Of a stretch of DNA of 64,000 bases, positions 22,482 through 31,643 are shown piece by piece. Below the pieces are notes generated by a model. That model did no database searches. It saw only the letters and a list, made by a program, of their open reading frames with translations, and had not been told where the DNA came from. The stretch is from an uncultured delta proteobacterium (GTDB lineage Bacteria; Desulfobacterota; WTBG01; JAGOGO01), in NCBI GenBank assembly GCA_963727835.1, contig CAVSIB010000007.1:4429-68428 (forward strand). The letters run 5' to 3'. Positions within the stretch are counted from its first letter, which is position 1, and the number at the start of each line of letters is the position of its first letter. Both the position numbers and the translations under genes were made by a program.

Positions 22482-23287
22482 TCGGTTTCCCGGGATGCTT
22501 CCTTTCCCTTGATTTTTTTAAATAACTCCCGAAGGATTTTTTTCCGCCAAAGCAATTCTTCTTTGGTGACATGATTCCGGCTGCGCCAAAGAGAAATTTT
22601 TTTGCTGTTCCGGTAAGGAGTATCGCGCAAAGGTGAGGTGGTGAAATTATTTTTCCATAAAACATAGGTAAAACTTAATTGGTCTCTTCGGGAATAGTTT
22701 TCAACCCACCACCACCAGTCCTCCATGATTTTGATGACTTCTTTATCATGATGTTCCCGGTAGATGATATTATTTTCAAAAAGGCCGTAGTTTTCAGGGA
22801 AGCCGTCCTTTCTTATCAAATCAATCTGCTCTTTCATGATTTCACGGTCATCTTTCTCAAACTTTAAACAGGCAATGAACTCATCATAAACACAATTTCT
22901 GCCGGGGTGGATTCCAAGAGAAATCTTTTTTGATTCCTTGATAGCGCGGTTAATATCGTCAAAAATTTTATCACTGAGGAAATTTATATTCGTGTCAACA
23001 TAAACGCTTCTTTCATAGTCGGGGAATAAGAGATGCGGGTGAAGTTTATGCCATCGGTTGTTGCGGACATCATCCATTGTGTCGAAAACCAGGGGCTTAA
23101 GGTTCCAGGTGGAATTGTTATTGTTTTTTATCGCTAGCTTGTCGGTAAAACAAACATAATCCCAATCCGGGTTGATAGCGGAGTGATTGTTCAACTGGTC
23201 ATAATTTCCGGTTAGGCAGGTATAGAGGACTACTTTTTTTTTAAGAGAAAGCATGATAAATTTCTCGATTATTTTTTTTAAAGCCAT
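22460..23287 (-). CDS. DUF616 (TOD1/MUCI70-like) glycosyltransferase, probably 3'-truncated
   Basis: VVLYTCLTGNYD, DYVCFTD, RWHKLHPHLLFPDYERSVYVD, HPGRNCVYDE, SRRDQLSFTYVLWK. Confidence 0.8.
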   Translation of the reverse strand: MALKKIIEKFIMLSLKKKVVLYTCLTGNYDQLNNHSAINPDWDYVCFTDKLAIKNNNNSTWNLKPLVFDTMDDVRNNRWHKLHPHLLFPDYERSVYVDTNINFLSDKIFDDINRAIKESKKISLGIHPGRNCVYDEFIACLKFEKDDREIMKEQIDLIRKDGFPENYGLFENNIIYREHHDKEVIKIMEDWWWWVENYSRRDQLSFTYVLWKNNFTTSPLRDTPYRNSKKISLWRSRNHVTKEELLWRKKILRELFKKIKGKEASRETDGGSGKN

Positions 23288-23408
23288 TATATCATAATAG
23301 AGTTTTTTTATTAAAATTTTATGATATAATTTTGTTATTTTAAGTAAAAAACTATAAAATAAAGGAGTCGGAAGGAATACGTCAAACTGTTGATGGAGAG
23401 ACCATTAT

Positions 23409-23837
23409 ATGTTGAGCAAAAAATATAGAATTAATGAATCGAAGGCCATCAGTGAAACTATTGACGGAGAGGCCATCATAGTCAATTTAGATACTGGTTT
23501 TTATTATAGTGCCAATAAAACTGCGACTATTATATGGAATGAAATTCAGGAGAATAATTCCATTAAAAATATATCTCACTTTTTTTTAAATCATTATGAA
23601 GTGGATGAAGACACCTTGGAAAAATATATGACCGAAATAATTAGCTTATTTTTGAAAGATGATCTTATTTTGAAATCAGAGCCGGATAGTTCTCCCGATA
23701 GTATAGGGAATCCAACGAATAGTATAAAGGAAACATTCATAATACCTAAAATTGAAAGATATGATGACATGGCAGGAGCTTTAATGTCCGATCCGGTTCA
23801 TGATGCCAATGAAGACGGTTGGCCAAATTTAAAATAA
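23409..23837 (+). CDS. PqqD/RRE-domain protein with a C-terminal peptide extension
   Basis: IDGEAIIVNLDTGFYYSANKTATIIWN..HYEVD..L..DDLI is the PqqD/RRE pattern; followed by a linker and tail FIIPKIERYDDMAGALMSDPVHDANEDGWPNLK. Confidence 0.85.
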   Translation: MLSKKYRINESKAISETIDGEAIIVNLDTGFYYSANKTATIIWNEIQENNSIKNISHFFLNHYEVDEDTLEKYMTEIISLFLKDDLILKSEPDSSPDSIGNPTNSIKETFIIPKIERYDDMAGALMSDPVHDANEDGWPNLK

Positions 23838-24011
23838 TAAAAATTATTTTAAATTATTGCTCCGGCAAATAAATATATAAAAGCATGATCGCCATTCTCA
23901 ATAACGACGGGCATTGCACAGAATTTTTTTACATGTTTAATTGCCGAAGTAATATATCATCATCTCCTATCTCGATCATTAAAAAAGAAATCTCATCTCC
24001 TACCTGAAAAT

Positions 24012-25106
24012 ATGAACAATTTTCCATCGCACATTGTTACCAATCAGCACCTTCGTATTACGAAAAAATACTTTAATGATGTCGTGGTGCCGATTATGAA
24101 TGATATTGCCAACTCAATTCCGCCCATTAAAAAGACCTATGCTATCGCCGGGAAAACTATTTGTCTGAATTTTTATAGCAAGATACTTTTTGAAAAAATG
24201 TCCCGGGCTTTTAGCCATATCGAAGAAGATGCAGTCAATTCTCCCGATTTGACGGTATGCATTTGGGATTCGGTATCTACCAACACCCATCTTGCTTCCC
24301 CATGGGTGAACCAGTCAGAATATACCTATCCACGAGAAGTAAATGCAAAAACGATAAATGTAGATTCTTTTTTGGGAATATACCTGCATGGTGAAGAAAC
24401 ATTAAATTTATATGATGAGAAGAATAATACGGCTTACTTTTGGACACACAATGCCGAATGTTTGCTGTATAGAATAAGTGGTTCACCACTAAGGTCAATA
24501 TTGAATTGGTTTCTCTCCAAAGAAGGAGTGCATTTAATGCATGGGGCAGCGGTAAGCACAAAGGGGAAATCGATATTGCTTTCCGCCAAGGGCGGATCAG
24601 GAAAATCAACCACCGCTTTATCATGTTTGTTTTCCGACATGGAATTTTTAGGAGATGATTATGTAACAATAAAGTCGGGTGATGTTATTACGACTCACAG
24701 TATTTTTAATTCGGTAAAAATATTTTCACTATCTCTGGATAAAACCTTTCCCGCGCTAAAAGAAAAAATATGGAATAAAAACGACGTTGCGTTGGAGAAG
24801 GAAAAAGCAATTGTTTTTTTGTCAGAATTATTTCCGCAACATATTATCAGGGAAGCACCGCTTCATGCCATCATGATTCCGGTGATTAAAGATATTAAAA
24901 AAACGAAGATTGTGCCCGCTCGTAAATTAGATACGATGATTGCCATGATGCCCGCCACGCTTTTCCAATTTTCTTTCATCCCATCAAATAAAATGGCTGA
25001 ATTAAGGTCAATTGTTGAGAGGACACCATGCTACTTTTTAGAGCTTGGCGGCGATATTCCCGGTGTGCCCGACGTAATTAAATCTTTTTTGTCCCATGAA
25101 GAATAA
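24012..25106 (+). CDS. HPr-kinase-related P-loop kinase
   Basis: LMHGAAV....SILLSAKGGSGKSTTAL....FLGDDYV: the HPrK-type His, Walker A and DD signature. Confidence 0.85.
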   Translation: MNNFPSHIVTNQHLRITKKYFNDVVVPIMNDIANSIPPIKKTYAIAGKTICLNFYSKILFEKMSRAFSHIEEDAVNSPDLTVCIWDSVSTNTHLASPWVNQSEYTYPREVNAKTINVDSFLGIYLHGEETLNLYDEKNNTAYFWTHNAECLLYRISGSPLRSILNWFLSKEGVHLMHGAAVSTKGKSILLSAKGGSGKSTTALSCLFSDMEFLGDDYVTIKSGDVITTHSIFNSVKIFSLSLDKTFPALKEKIWNKNDVALEKEKAIVFLSELFPQHIIREAPLHAIMIPVIKDIKKTKIVPARKLDTMIAMMPATLFQFSFIPSNKMAELRSIVERTPCYFLELGGDIPGVPDVIKSFLSHEE

Positions 25107-25785
25107 TCGTGTAAGTGTTTTAATGCCGGTCTTTAATGCTGAAAAATATGTTGAGGAGGCAACGAAAAGCGTCTTATCTCAAACCTATAAAAACATAGAA
25201 TTGATCTGTATCAACGATAACTCAACCGATAGTTCTTTGGCTCGATTAGAATCATTCGGAGATGAAATTATAGTTATTAATAATAAAGATAATTTTGGAA
25301 CTTCAGAATCAAGAAATAAAGGTATTCGTCGTGCGAAGGGGGAATTCTTAGCTTTTATTGATAATGATGATATCTGGGAAAAAAATAAATTGGAAGTTCA
25401 GATGAATCACTTTAATAATAATCCTAAGCTGGATATTTCATTTTCTTATATGAAATGTTTTTTAAGTCCGGAATTAAGCGAAGAGGTAAAGAACCTTCGC
25501 TATTGTCCGCCACGTCCTCTGCCCGGATATATTCCTTCAACGATGGTAGTGAAAAGGGCTTCCTTTGACCGGGTTGGTTATTTTGATGCGCGATGGAAAA
25601 ATGGAGAATCGGTTGACTGGTTGTTCAAGGCTAAAGAAGCTGGTTTAAATTTTGGGATCGTTGATGATGTTCTGGTTAAAAGAAGAATTCATGAAACCAA
25701 TAAGGGGGCTTTAGCATCATCGACGAATAAAAGTGAATATTTAAAAATAATCAGAGAATCATTAGCCCGAAGAAGAAAACAATGA
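25096..25785 (+). CDS. GT2 family glycosyltransferase
   Basis: VSVLMPVFNAEKY, INDNSTD, RNKGI, AFIDNDDIW, RRIHETN. Confidence 0.92.
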   Translation: MKNNRVSVLMPVFNAEKYVEEATKSVLSQTYKNIELICINDNSTDSSLARLESFGDEIIVINNKDNFGTSESRNKGIRRAKGEFLAFIDNDDIWEKNKLEVQMNHFNNNPKLDISFSYMKCFLSPELSEEVKNLRYCPPRPLPGYIPSTMVVKRASFDRVGYFDARWKNGESVDWLFKAKEAGLNFGIVDDVLVKRRIHETNKGALASSTNKSEYLKIIRESLARRRKQ

Positions 25786-25815
25786 ATAGCAGGCCGGTTA
25801 ACCTATTTAAAAATC

Positions 25816-26985
25816 ATGAGAGATTTTAAATATCCAAAAAGTTTTCCCAATAAAGAAGAAAATTTTTTCCTTCAGATGCTGCTTTCAAGCAAAAATGATT
25901 TTCCGAAATTATGGCAGCAATGGAAAGACCAGATTGTTTTTGATCGCCTGGATAAAGCCACCGCAAAATTAATTCCTTTTTTGTATTTGCGATTAAAGGA
26001 ATTGAACATCCCGGATGATGAGATCAAGAGGATAAAAGGAGTACACCAATTTACCTGGTATAAGAATCTGTTAGTTATCGATGCGGTGAGAAAGGTTATC
26101 TCTTTATTTAAGAAAGAAAACATTCCGGTCATTTTACTCAAAGGAGTGCCTTTATTAAAGAATGTCTATAAGAATACCGGAGCGCGGTCTATTGCCGATG
26201 TGGATATGCTTATCGATCAAAAACATGTCGAAAAAGCGACCGAGATAATGAAGGCCAATGACTGGGAATTTTTTGAGCAATCTCCTTTTGCTCTTAACCG
26301 GATTTCAGCGCCGCTGGCAAATAAATATATCAAAGAGATTGCTTTTATTAATAAGCAGGATGTCCGGATAGATATACACTGGCGCTTGTTCATGTATTTA
26401 TTCAAGGACAACAAAGAACATCCGATGTGCTATGAGGAGGTATTCAACCATTCCCTTGATTTCAAGCTGCACGGGGTCAGATGTAAAATCCCCTGCCATG
26501 AAGACATGATTATTCATATTATTGTTCATGGGGCGGAGCAGATTTTTCAAAGAACCTTGCGATGGGCGCTCGATGTGGCAAGTCTTATCAGAACGACGCC
26601 CATTGACTGGGAATTCTTGATCAAACGCATCAAGAAATTTGATGTGGCAATAGAGCTTAAGGTCGCTTTTTCTTATTTGTTAAAAAACTTCTCCCTTCCG
26701 ATTCCCGAATCGTTCATCAAAGCGCTTTCACAATTACCGATGGAAAAGAGTAAGAAGAAAGACTATTATCGAATGGCGAATAATACCGAGTTTTTACTCT
26801 GTGGGAAACTATGGTATTTATGGCGCGGTTATTGGCTCTATGAAAGAAAGGGTAATTTTTTTACCAGCTGGTATTATTTTATCGATTATACCTGCAAAAG
26901 CCTGGGAATTAACAGTAAACGGAGGCTTCCCGCTTTCATCATCGAGAAATATAAACCGAGAATAAGCGTTTTTTTTCATAAATAA
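25816..26985 (+). CDS. Nucleotidyltransferase family protein (NTP_transf_5-like)
   Basis: IPVILLKGVPL...Y...GARSIADVDMLI, IDIHWRL, IIHIIVHG, LRWALDV, IDWE. Confidence 0.85.
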   Translation: MRDFKYPKSFPNKEENFFLQMLLSSKNDFPKLWQQWKDQIVFDRLDKATAKLIPFLYLRLKELNIPDDEIKRIKGVHQFTWYKNLLVIDAVRKVISLFKKENIPVILLKGVPLLKNVYKNTGARSIADVDMLIDQKHVEKATEIMKANDWEFFEQSPFALNRISAPLANKYIKEIAFINKQDVRIDIHWRLFMYLFKDNKEHPMCYEEVFNHSLDFKLHGVRCKIPCHEDMIIHIIVHGAEQIFQRTLRWALDVASLIRTTPIDWEFLIKRIKKFDVAIELKVAFSYLLKNFSLPIPESFIKALSQLPMEKSKKKDYYRMANNTEFLLCGKLWYLWRGYWLYERKGNFFTSWYYFIDYTCKSLGINSKRRLPAFIIEKYKPRISVFFHK

Positions 26986-26990
26986 TAAAT

Positions 26991-27833
26991 ATGAAAATAA
27001 ATATCATCTCAACCGACAATCAATACCTTGCCTCGGATTATACCATCACCAATTTAGTTGATGGTAATGATATCTTTTTTAATACCCCGCAGGATATAAA
27101 TATTATCAACAAAAGCAAGACCGGGGACTATGTAGGATATAAAAAGAAAGATGATCGTATATATGGTTTAAGAATTGTTGATGATGTGGCTTACTGGTTC
27201 AATCGTTTTTATAAAAACGAAGCGATTTCATTTTTTGTGGTTTCTTCCTATGAATCTTATCTTTTATTAACCAACGAACTTGAATGCGAAAAACCGGTAT
27301 TATATTTGGAAGATGTGATAATGACGCCTCCCATATCCGATGATATTATCAAAAGTAACCGGATTTATACCTTTTTCAATCCGATTAATCTGGACGCCAG
27401 ATTATTGGAGATGGAAAACATTGATATTTACACCGCCGATTCCTATTTTATGGATGATGAAGTGATTAACTGCAATTTCCGCGGCAGAGCCAAAGGTAAA
27501 TTTTTTGAGTGGACTCCCGGTTGTGTCAGCGAATACGCTTGCTACCATACCGCTTATATTTATTATGACCGGAAGCACCCGGAGGCGTTAAATAAATTGA
27601 AATCAATCAACAGACTGTCTCAATGTTTTTATTTTAACCAGGAAGTGATAACCAATTATCCCGGCAGGTTCCATCCCGCCATGGAGAAAGAATTAAAGAG
27701 AGAAAAAAGCGACGATGAATTTTATCGAATATCCGGAAATACCAGAAGGATATTTGACCGGTTTTTATCACCGGAGGTTATTAAAAATAATTTGATTAAT
27801 TTTTGTAATAAATTAATGACAGTTAAGGAATGA
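26991..27833 (+). CDS. Hypothetical protein, last gene of the island operon
   Basis: 280-aa ORF starting 5 bp after the nucleotidyltransferase; no family recognised. Confidence 0.7.
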   Translation: MKINIISTDNQYLASDYTITNLVDGNDIFFNTPQDINIINKSKTGDYVGYKKKDDRIYGLRIVDDVAYWFNRFYKNEAISFFVVSSYESYLLLTNELECEKPVLYLEDVIMTPPISDDIIKSNRIYTFFNPINLDARLLEMENIDIYTADSYFMDDEVINCNFRGRAKGKFFEWTPGCVSEYACYHTAYIYYDRKHPEALNKLKSINRLSQCFYFNQEVITNYPGRFHPAMEKELKREKSDDEFYRISGNTRRIFDRFLSPEVIKNNLINFCNKLMTVKE

Positions 27834-28281
27834 GCCTATCAAAATTTTGACATAATTTTGAAAAAAAATAGGCCATTATTGAAAGGTAGTAAAGGCTTTC
27901 TGGGGAAGAATTTAAAGCATCAGCCCCTGCAACATTAGTCGTTACCCTTAGTTCTTTCTTTAATAGTTCCTTTAATTCATCAATTCGGGATACAATCAGG
28001 TCAAATGCACGGAGGCCATTTTTAAAAAACTGATTCCCCCACTCTATTTGTTGAAATGGTTCTTTTTTTATTTCTAAAGGGGATTCCCTTAACTTTTCCC
28101 TCTCATCTGGTTGCAGTCCTTTTGAGCGTGGAAAGAACTTCGGTAGCCATCTCAAATGTTGTTTCTCCATTCCATTTTTTATTTTTTCGATTTCTTCATC
28201 AGCTTCTGGCAAACGAACCTCAAATTTAACTTTCTCTGAACCACCAGGTTTTTTTATTAAACGTCTTCCTCGGCGATACAT
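27823..28281 (-). CDS. Hypothetical protein near attR, possibly a mobile-element remnant
   Basis: 152-aa ORF converging on the operon; no motif recognised. Confidence 0.4.
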   Translation of the reverse strand: MYRRGRRLIKKPGGSEKVKFEVRLPEADEEIEKIKNGMEKQHLRWLPKFFPRSKGLQPDEREKLRESPLEIKKEPFQQIEWGNQFFKNGLRAFDLIVSRIDELKELLKKELRVTTNVAGADALNSSPESLYYLSIMAYFFSKLCQNFDRLIP

Positions 28282-28604
28282 AAGCCAAAGGTAATAAAGC
28301 CATACGGCAAGCTCTTCAAAATTCTTGGCCTCTTTTTCTATAATCCACCGAAGGTCATCTGAAAATTTTTCAATTTCTGCCTCCTCAATAAATCCTGGGG
28401 ATTAAGACCGGGGAAAGTGGTAAAGAAAAACCGCCTTGTTGGAGATATCTCTCTACCCAAAGAAAAAGTTGATTTTATCTTGATTTAGACTCACCTTGCA
28501 AATTGCGGAAACTGGTTGCGGATAGGTTACATTTTGTGGTAATATTTTGACAATCTTTGTAAGGTAAGTTACTGAATTTATTAAATTTAAATTCTAAAAT
28601 TTCT

Positions 28605-28647
28605 TCTGCAAAACCTTTATTCCCCGGTTCGAATCCGGGTGCCGCCT
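28605..28647 (+). repeat. attR: duplicated 3' 43 bp of tRNA-Cys
   Basis: TCTGCAAAACCTTTATTCCCCGGTTCGAATCCGGGTGCCGCCT, identical to 21831-21873. Confidence 0.97.
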
Positions 28648-28655
28648 TTCGTACC

Positions 28656-28691
28656 AAAAAAAGCAGCCTATTAATTGGGCTGCTTTTTTTC
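28656..28691 (+). terminator. Intrinsic terminator, probably the original tRNA terminator displaced by the island
   Basis: AAAAAAAGCAGCCTA-ttaat-TGGGCTGCTTTTTTT directly after attR. Confidence 0.8.
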
Positions 28692-28760
28692 ACTCCAATC
28701 TGTTTATCCCAATCATTAAAGTGAAAAATTTTACACCGTAAGAAAACAGTGCGAATTTGC

Positions 28761-28789
28761 TTGTCACAAAAGAAGAAATTTTTTATAGT
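28761..28789 (+). promoter_or_regulatory. Putative sigma-70 promoter of degQ
   Basis: TTGTCA-N17-TATAGT. Confidence 0.5.
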
Positions 28790-28848
28790 AGAAAAGAAAT
28801 GATTATAAAAATTTTATAAAATCAATAAATATATAATGAACTAAAGCC

Positions 28849-30324
28849 ATGCGACCTAATTCGGGAAAAGTTTCTGTCAAATTTTTTGTTGGCATTTTAA
28901 CCTTCGGCATCATTTTAGGAGTTATCGGAGGTTATTACTTTGGCAACCTTGATTTCTTAAGAAATTTATTGCCTTCGAAATCAACCTCGTCTGTTATCAT
29001 TAAAGGTTTTCCTCCTTCTTTTGCTGATTTGGTGGACAAGGTAAGTCCGGCAGTAGTCAATATTAGTACCACAAAAATGGCTAAATCGCCCGATTTCTCT
29101 GGCAACCCTAAATCTCCTTCCGAAGATTTTTTTGGAAGGGATTTCTGGGAAAATTTTTTTGGGCGAAAGCTTCCTCAAGAAAAACAGAAAAGTTTGGGTT
29201 CTGGATTCATTATTTCCAAGGAAGGGTATATTATAACCAATGCCCATATGGTGGAGGAAGCAGAGCAAATAAATATTCGTTTAGCGAATGAAAAAACCTA
29301 TGAGGCTGAAGTTGTCGGTCGTGATGAAAAGACTGACTTAGCCCTGATCAAGGCAAAAAGGTGGGTTGACTTTCCTGAGCCGGTAAAATTGGGGGATTCT
29401 AACAAGCTGAGGGTAGGGGATTGGGTAATGGCTATTGGGAATCCCTTTGGATTGGATCATACGGTAACCGCCGGCATTGTGAGCGCAAAAGGAAGGACCA
29501 TCGGCGTTGGTCCATACGATGATTTTATTCAAACTGATGCTTCTATAAACCCTGGCAACAGCGGAGGCCCTTTATTCAATATCCAAGGAGAGGTGGTTGG
29601 AATTAATACCCTTATCTACACCACAACAGGCACCAATATCGGGATTGGGTTTGCCGTTCCCATCAATATGGCTAAAGAAATCATGGAACAACTTAAAAAA
29701 CAAGGCAGAGTTACCCGTGGATGGATGGGAGTTTCTATCCAAGACCTCACTCCCGAATTGGCGGAAACATTTGGGGTTAAAGACCTGGAAGGAGCCTTGA
29801 TCACTGATGTTATCCCTGGCAGCCCAGCGGATAAAGCTGGTCTTAAAAAAGAAGATATCGTGGTTGAGTGTAACGGTAAAAAAATTAATAGGATACAAGA
29901 CTTTTCCCGGCTGGTAGGAAAAACCCCCATAGGAGAGTCGGTTAAACTCATTGTCGTTCGAGATCGGGAAAGAAAATCCTTTGTTGTTACCGTAAAAGAA
30001 AACGAGGAAGCAAAAAAACTTGCACCTAAGAAAATGAGCCCTGATATTGGGATTCAGGTTGAAGAACTCACCCCTGAAGTAGCCCAAAACTTTGGTTACC
30101 CGGAAAGTGAACAAGGAGTAGTTGTTTCCCAGGTTGAGCCAAGAAGCGCGGCTGATGAAGCTGGTTTAAAATCAGGGGATGTTATTAAAGAAGTTAACCG
30201 AAAACCAGTTAACTCACTCAAAGATTATCGAGACACTCTAAAAGATTCTTCCCTAAAAGAGGGAATCCTCTTTTTCGTAAACCGCAAAGAAGGCTCTTTT
30301 TTCGTCGTAGTCAAAGAACAGTAA
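28849..30324 (+). CDS. DegQ/HtrA serine endoprotease (trypsin domain + 2 PDZ)
   Basis: SLGSGFI, TNAHMV, DLAL, QTDASINPGNSGGPL. Confidence 0.95.
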   Translation: MRPNSGKVSVKFFVGILTFGIILGVIGGYYFGNLDFLRNLLPSKSTSSVIIKGFPPSFADLVDKVSPAVVNISTTKMAKSPDFSGNPKSPSEDFFGRDFWENFFGRKLPQEKQKSLGSGFIISKEGYIITNAHMVEEAEQINIRLANEKTYEAEVVGRDEKTDLALIKAKRWVDFPEPVKLGDSNKLRVGDWVMAIGNPFGLDHTVTAGIVSAKGRTIGVGPYDDFIQTDASINPGNSGGPLFNIQGEVVGINTLIYTTTGTNIGIGFAVPINMAKEIMEQLKKQGRVTRGWMGVSIQDLTPELAETFGVKDLEGALITDVIPGSPADKAGLKKEDIVVECNGKKINRIQDFSRLVGKTPIGESVKLIVVRDRERKSFVVTVKENEEAKKLAPKKMSPDIGIQVEELTPEVAQNFGYPESEQGVVVSQVEPRSAADEAGLKSGDVIKEVNRKPVNSLKDYRDTLKDSSLKEGILFFVNRKEGSFFVVVKEQ

Positions 30325-30479
30325 GTTATTGATAAATGTTTTTTTACTCACAAAAAAGGTGACTTTTCTCGTTTAATAGAATAAAATAAATTTTTTCCAA
30401 TTGAACCTCGATTTGATTATCTTATTCTATTTTTTCTTCTATGCGGTCTTCTCCGATAACCTGAAAGGAGGAATGTGCC

Positions 30480-31643
30480 ATGGGAGAACCAATTAAAATT
30501 GCATTAGTGGGCGTGGGAAATTGTGTAGCCGCCTTACTTCAGGGACTTGAATATTACCGGCATAATCCTGAAGATACGCTCGGCCTTATGCACAAGGCGC
30601 TGGGTGGCTATCTGCCGAGCGATATCCGAGTCGTTGCTGCTTTTGATATTGACGCGCGAAAAGTGGAAAAAGCTCTGGAAGTGGCTATCAATGCAAAGCC
30701 CAATTGCATCATGCCTATTTGGAAAGAACTCCCCCATTATGGAGTGACCGTGAAAATGGGTCCGGTCATGGATGGCGTTGCCGGCCATATGCTGGACTAT
30801 CCTGACGATCGTGCTTTCCGGATCGCTAAGGCCTCCCCCGTTGATGTCGAACAAATCCTTCGAGAGAAAGAACCCGATATTCTCCTCAACTATTTACCCG
30901 TGGGATCAGAGGAAGCTGCGCGGTATTATGCCCGGTGTTGCCTAAATACCGGGGTGAGTTTTATCAATTGCATGCCGGTTTTTATTGTTTCCGATTCGGA
31001 TTGGGCTAAGAAGTTTTTGAAACGCGGAATTCCCGTAATCGGTGATGATGTTAAATCTCAGCTTGGCGCAACCATTCTCCACAGAACTTTAGCCCGCCTT
31101 TTTGAAGAAAGGGGAACCCGAATAGAGCGGACCTATCAGCTCAACACCGGCGGCAATACCGACTTTCTCAATATGCTGGAACGAAGCCGGCTCATAACCA
31201 AAAAACAATCAAAAACCAGATCCGTTCAATCCCAGCTCGAAGTACCGCTCGCTGATGAAAATATCCATATCGGTCCTTCGGACTATGTTCCCTGGCAGAA
31301 TGACAATAAGGTTTGTTTTATCCGGATGGAAGCACGCGGGTTTGCCGGTATACCCTTTGAATTAGAATGCCGTCTCTCGGTCCAAGACTCACCGAACAGT
31401 GCTGGAGTGACGATTGATGCGATCCGTTACTGTAAAGTAGCCCGTGATCGGCACGATGCAGGGGCATTGCTTCCTATCTCTGCCTATTGCATGAAACACC
31501 CACCAGTGCAGATGTATGATCATGAGGCGAGGAAATTGATCGAAGAGTACATTCATCAACCCTCTTCTGAATCGGCAGAGGAGGAGAACAAAGCCATAAG
31601 CATTAAAAAGGGTAAAACCCTTCCCTTTAAAAGCTCGATTTAG
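30480..31643 (+). CDS. ino1: Myo-inositol-1-phosphate synthase
   Basis: VGVGNC, NYLPVGS, GDDVKSQLGAT, YQLNTGGNTDFLNM, DSPNSAGV. Confidence 0.94.
   Translation: MGEPIKIALVGVGNCVAALLQGLEYYRHNPEDTLGLMHKALGGYLPSDIRVVAAFDIDARKVEKALEVAINAKPNCIMPIWKELPHYGVTVKMGPVMDGVAGHMLDYPDDRAFRIAKASPVDVEQILREKEPDILLNYLPVGSEEAARYYARCCLNTGVSFINCMPVFIVSDSDWAKKFLKRGIPVIGDDVKSQLGATILHRTLARLFEERGTRIERTYQLNTGGNTDFLNMLERSRLITKKQSKTRSVQSQLEVPLADENIHIGPSDYVPWQNDNKVCFIRMEARGFAGIPFELECRLSVQDSPNSAGVTIDAIRYCKVARDRHDAGALLPISAYCMKHPPVQMYDHEARKLIEEYIHQPSSESAEEENKAISIKKGKTLPFKSSI

Larger units (their letters stand above)
21831..28647. mobile_element. Degenerate genomic island of about 6.8 kb integrated in tRNA-Cys
   Basis: Exact 43-bp direct repeat of the tRNA 3' part (21831-21873 and 28605-28647), integrase remnant next to the tRNA, AT-rich cargo. 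Confidence 0.9.

Noticed and set aside
23409-27833. A canonical lasso peptide or PQQ biosynthesis cluster
   Set aside because: No lasso cyclase, B2 peptidase, PqqB/C/E or recognisable free precursor in the window.
28605-28647. A second tRNA-Cys gene
   Set aside because: Only the 3' 43 bp are present, with no D-arm or 5' acceptor strand; it is attR.
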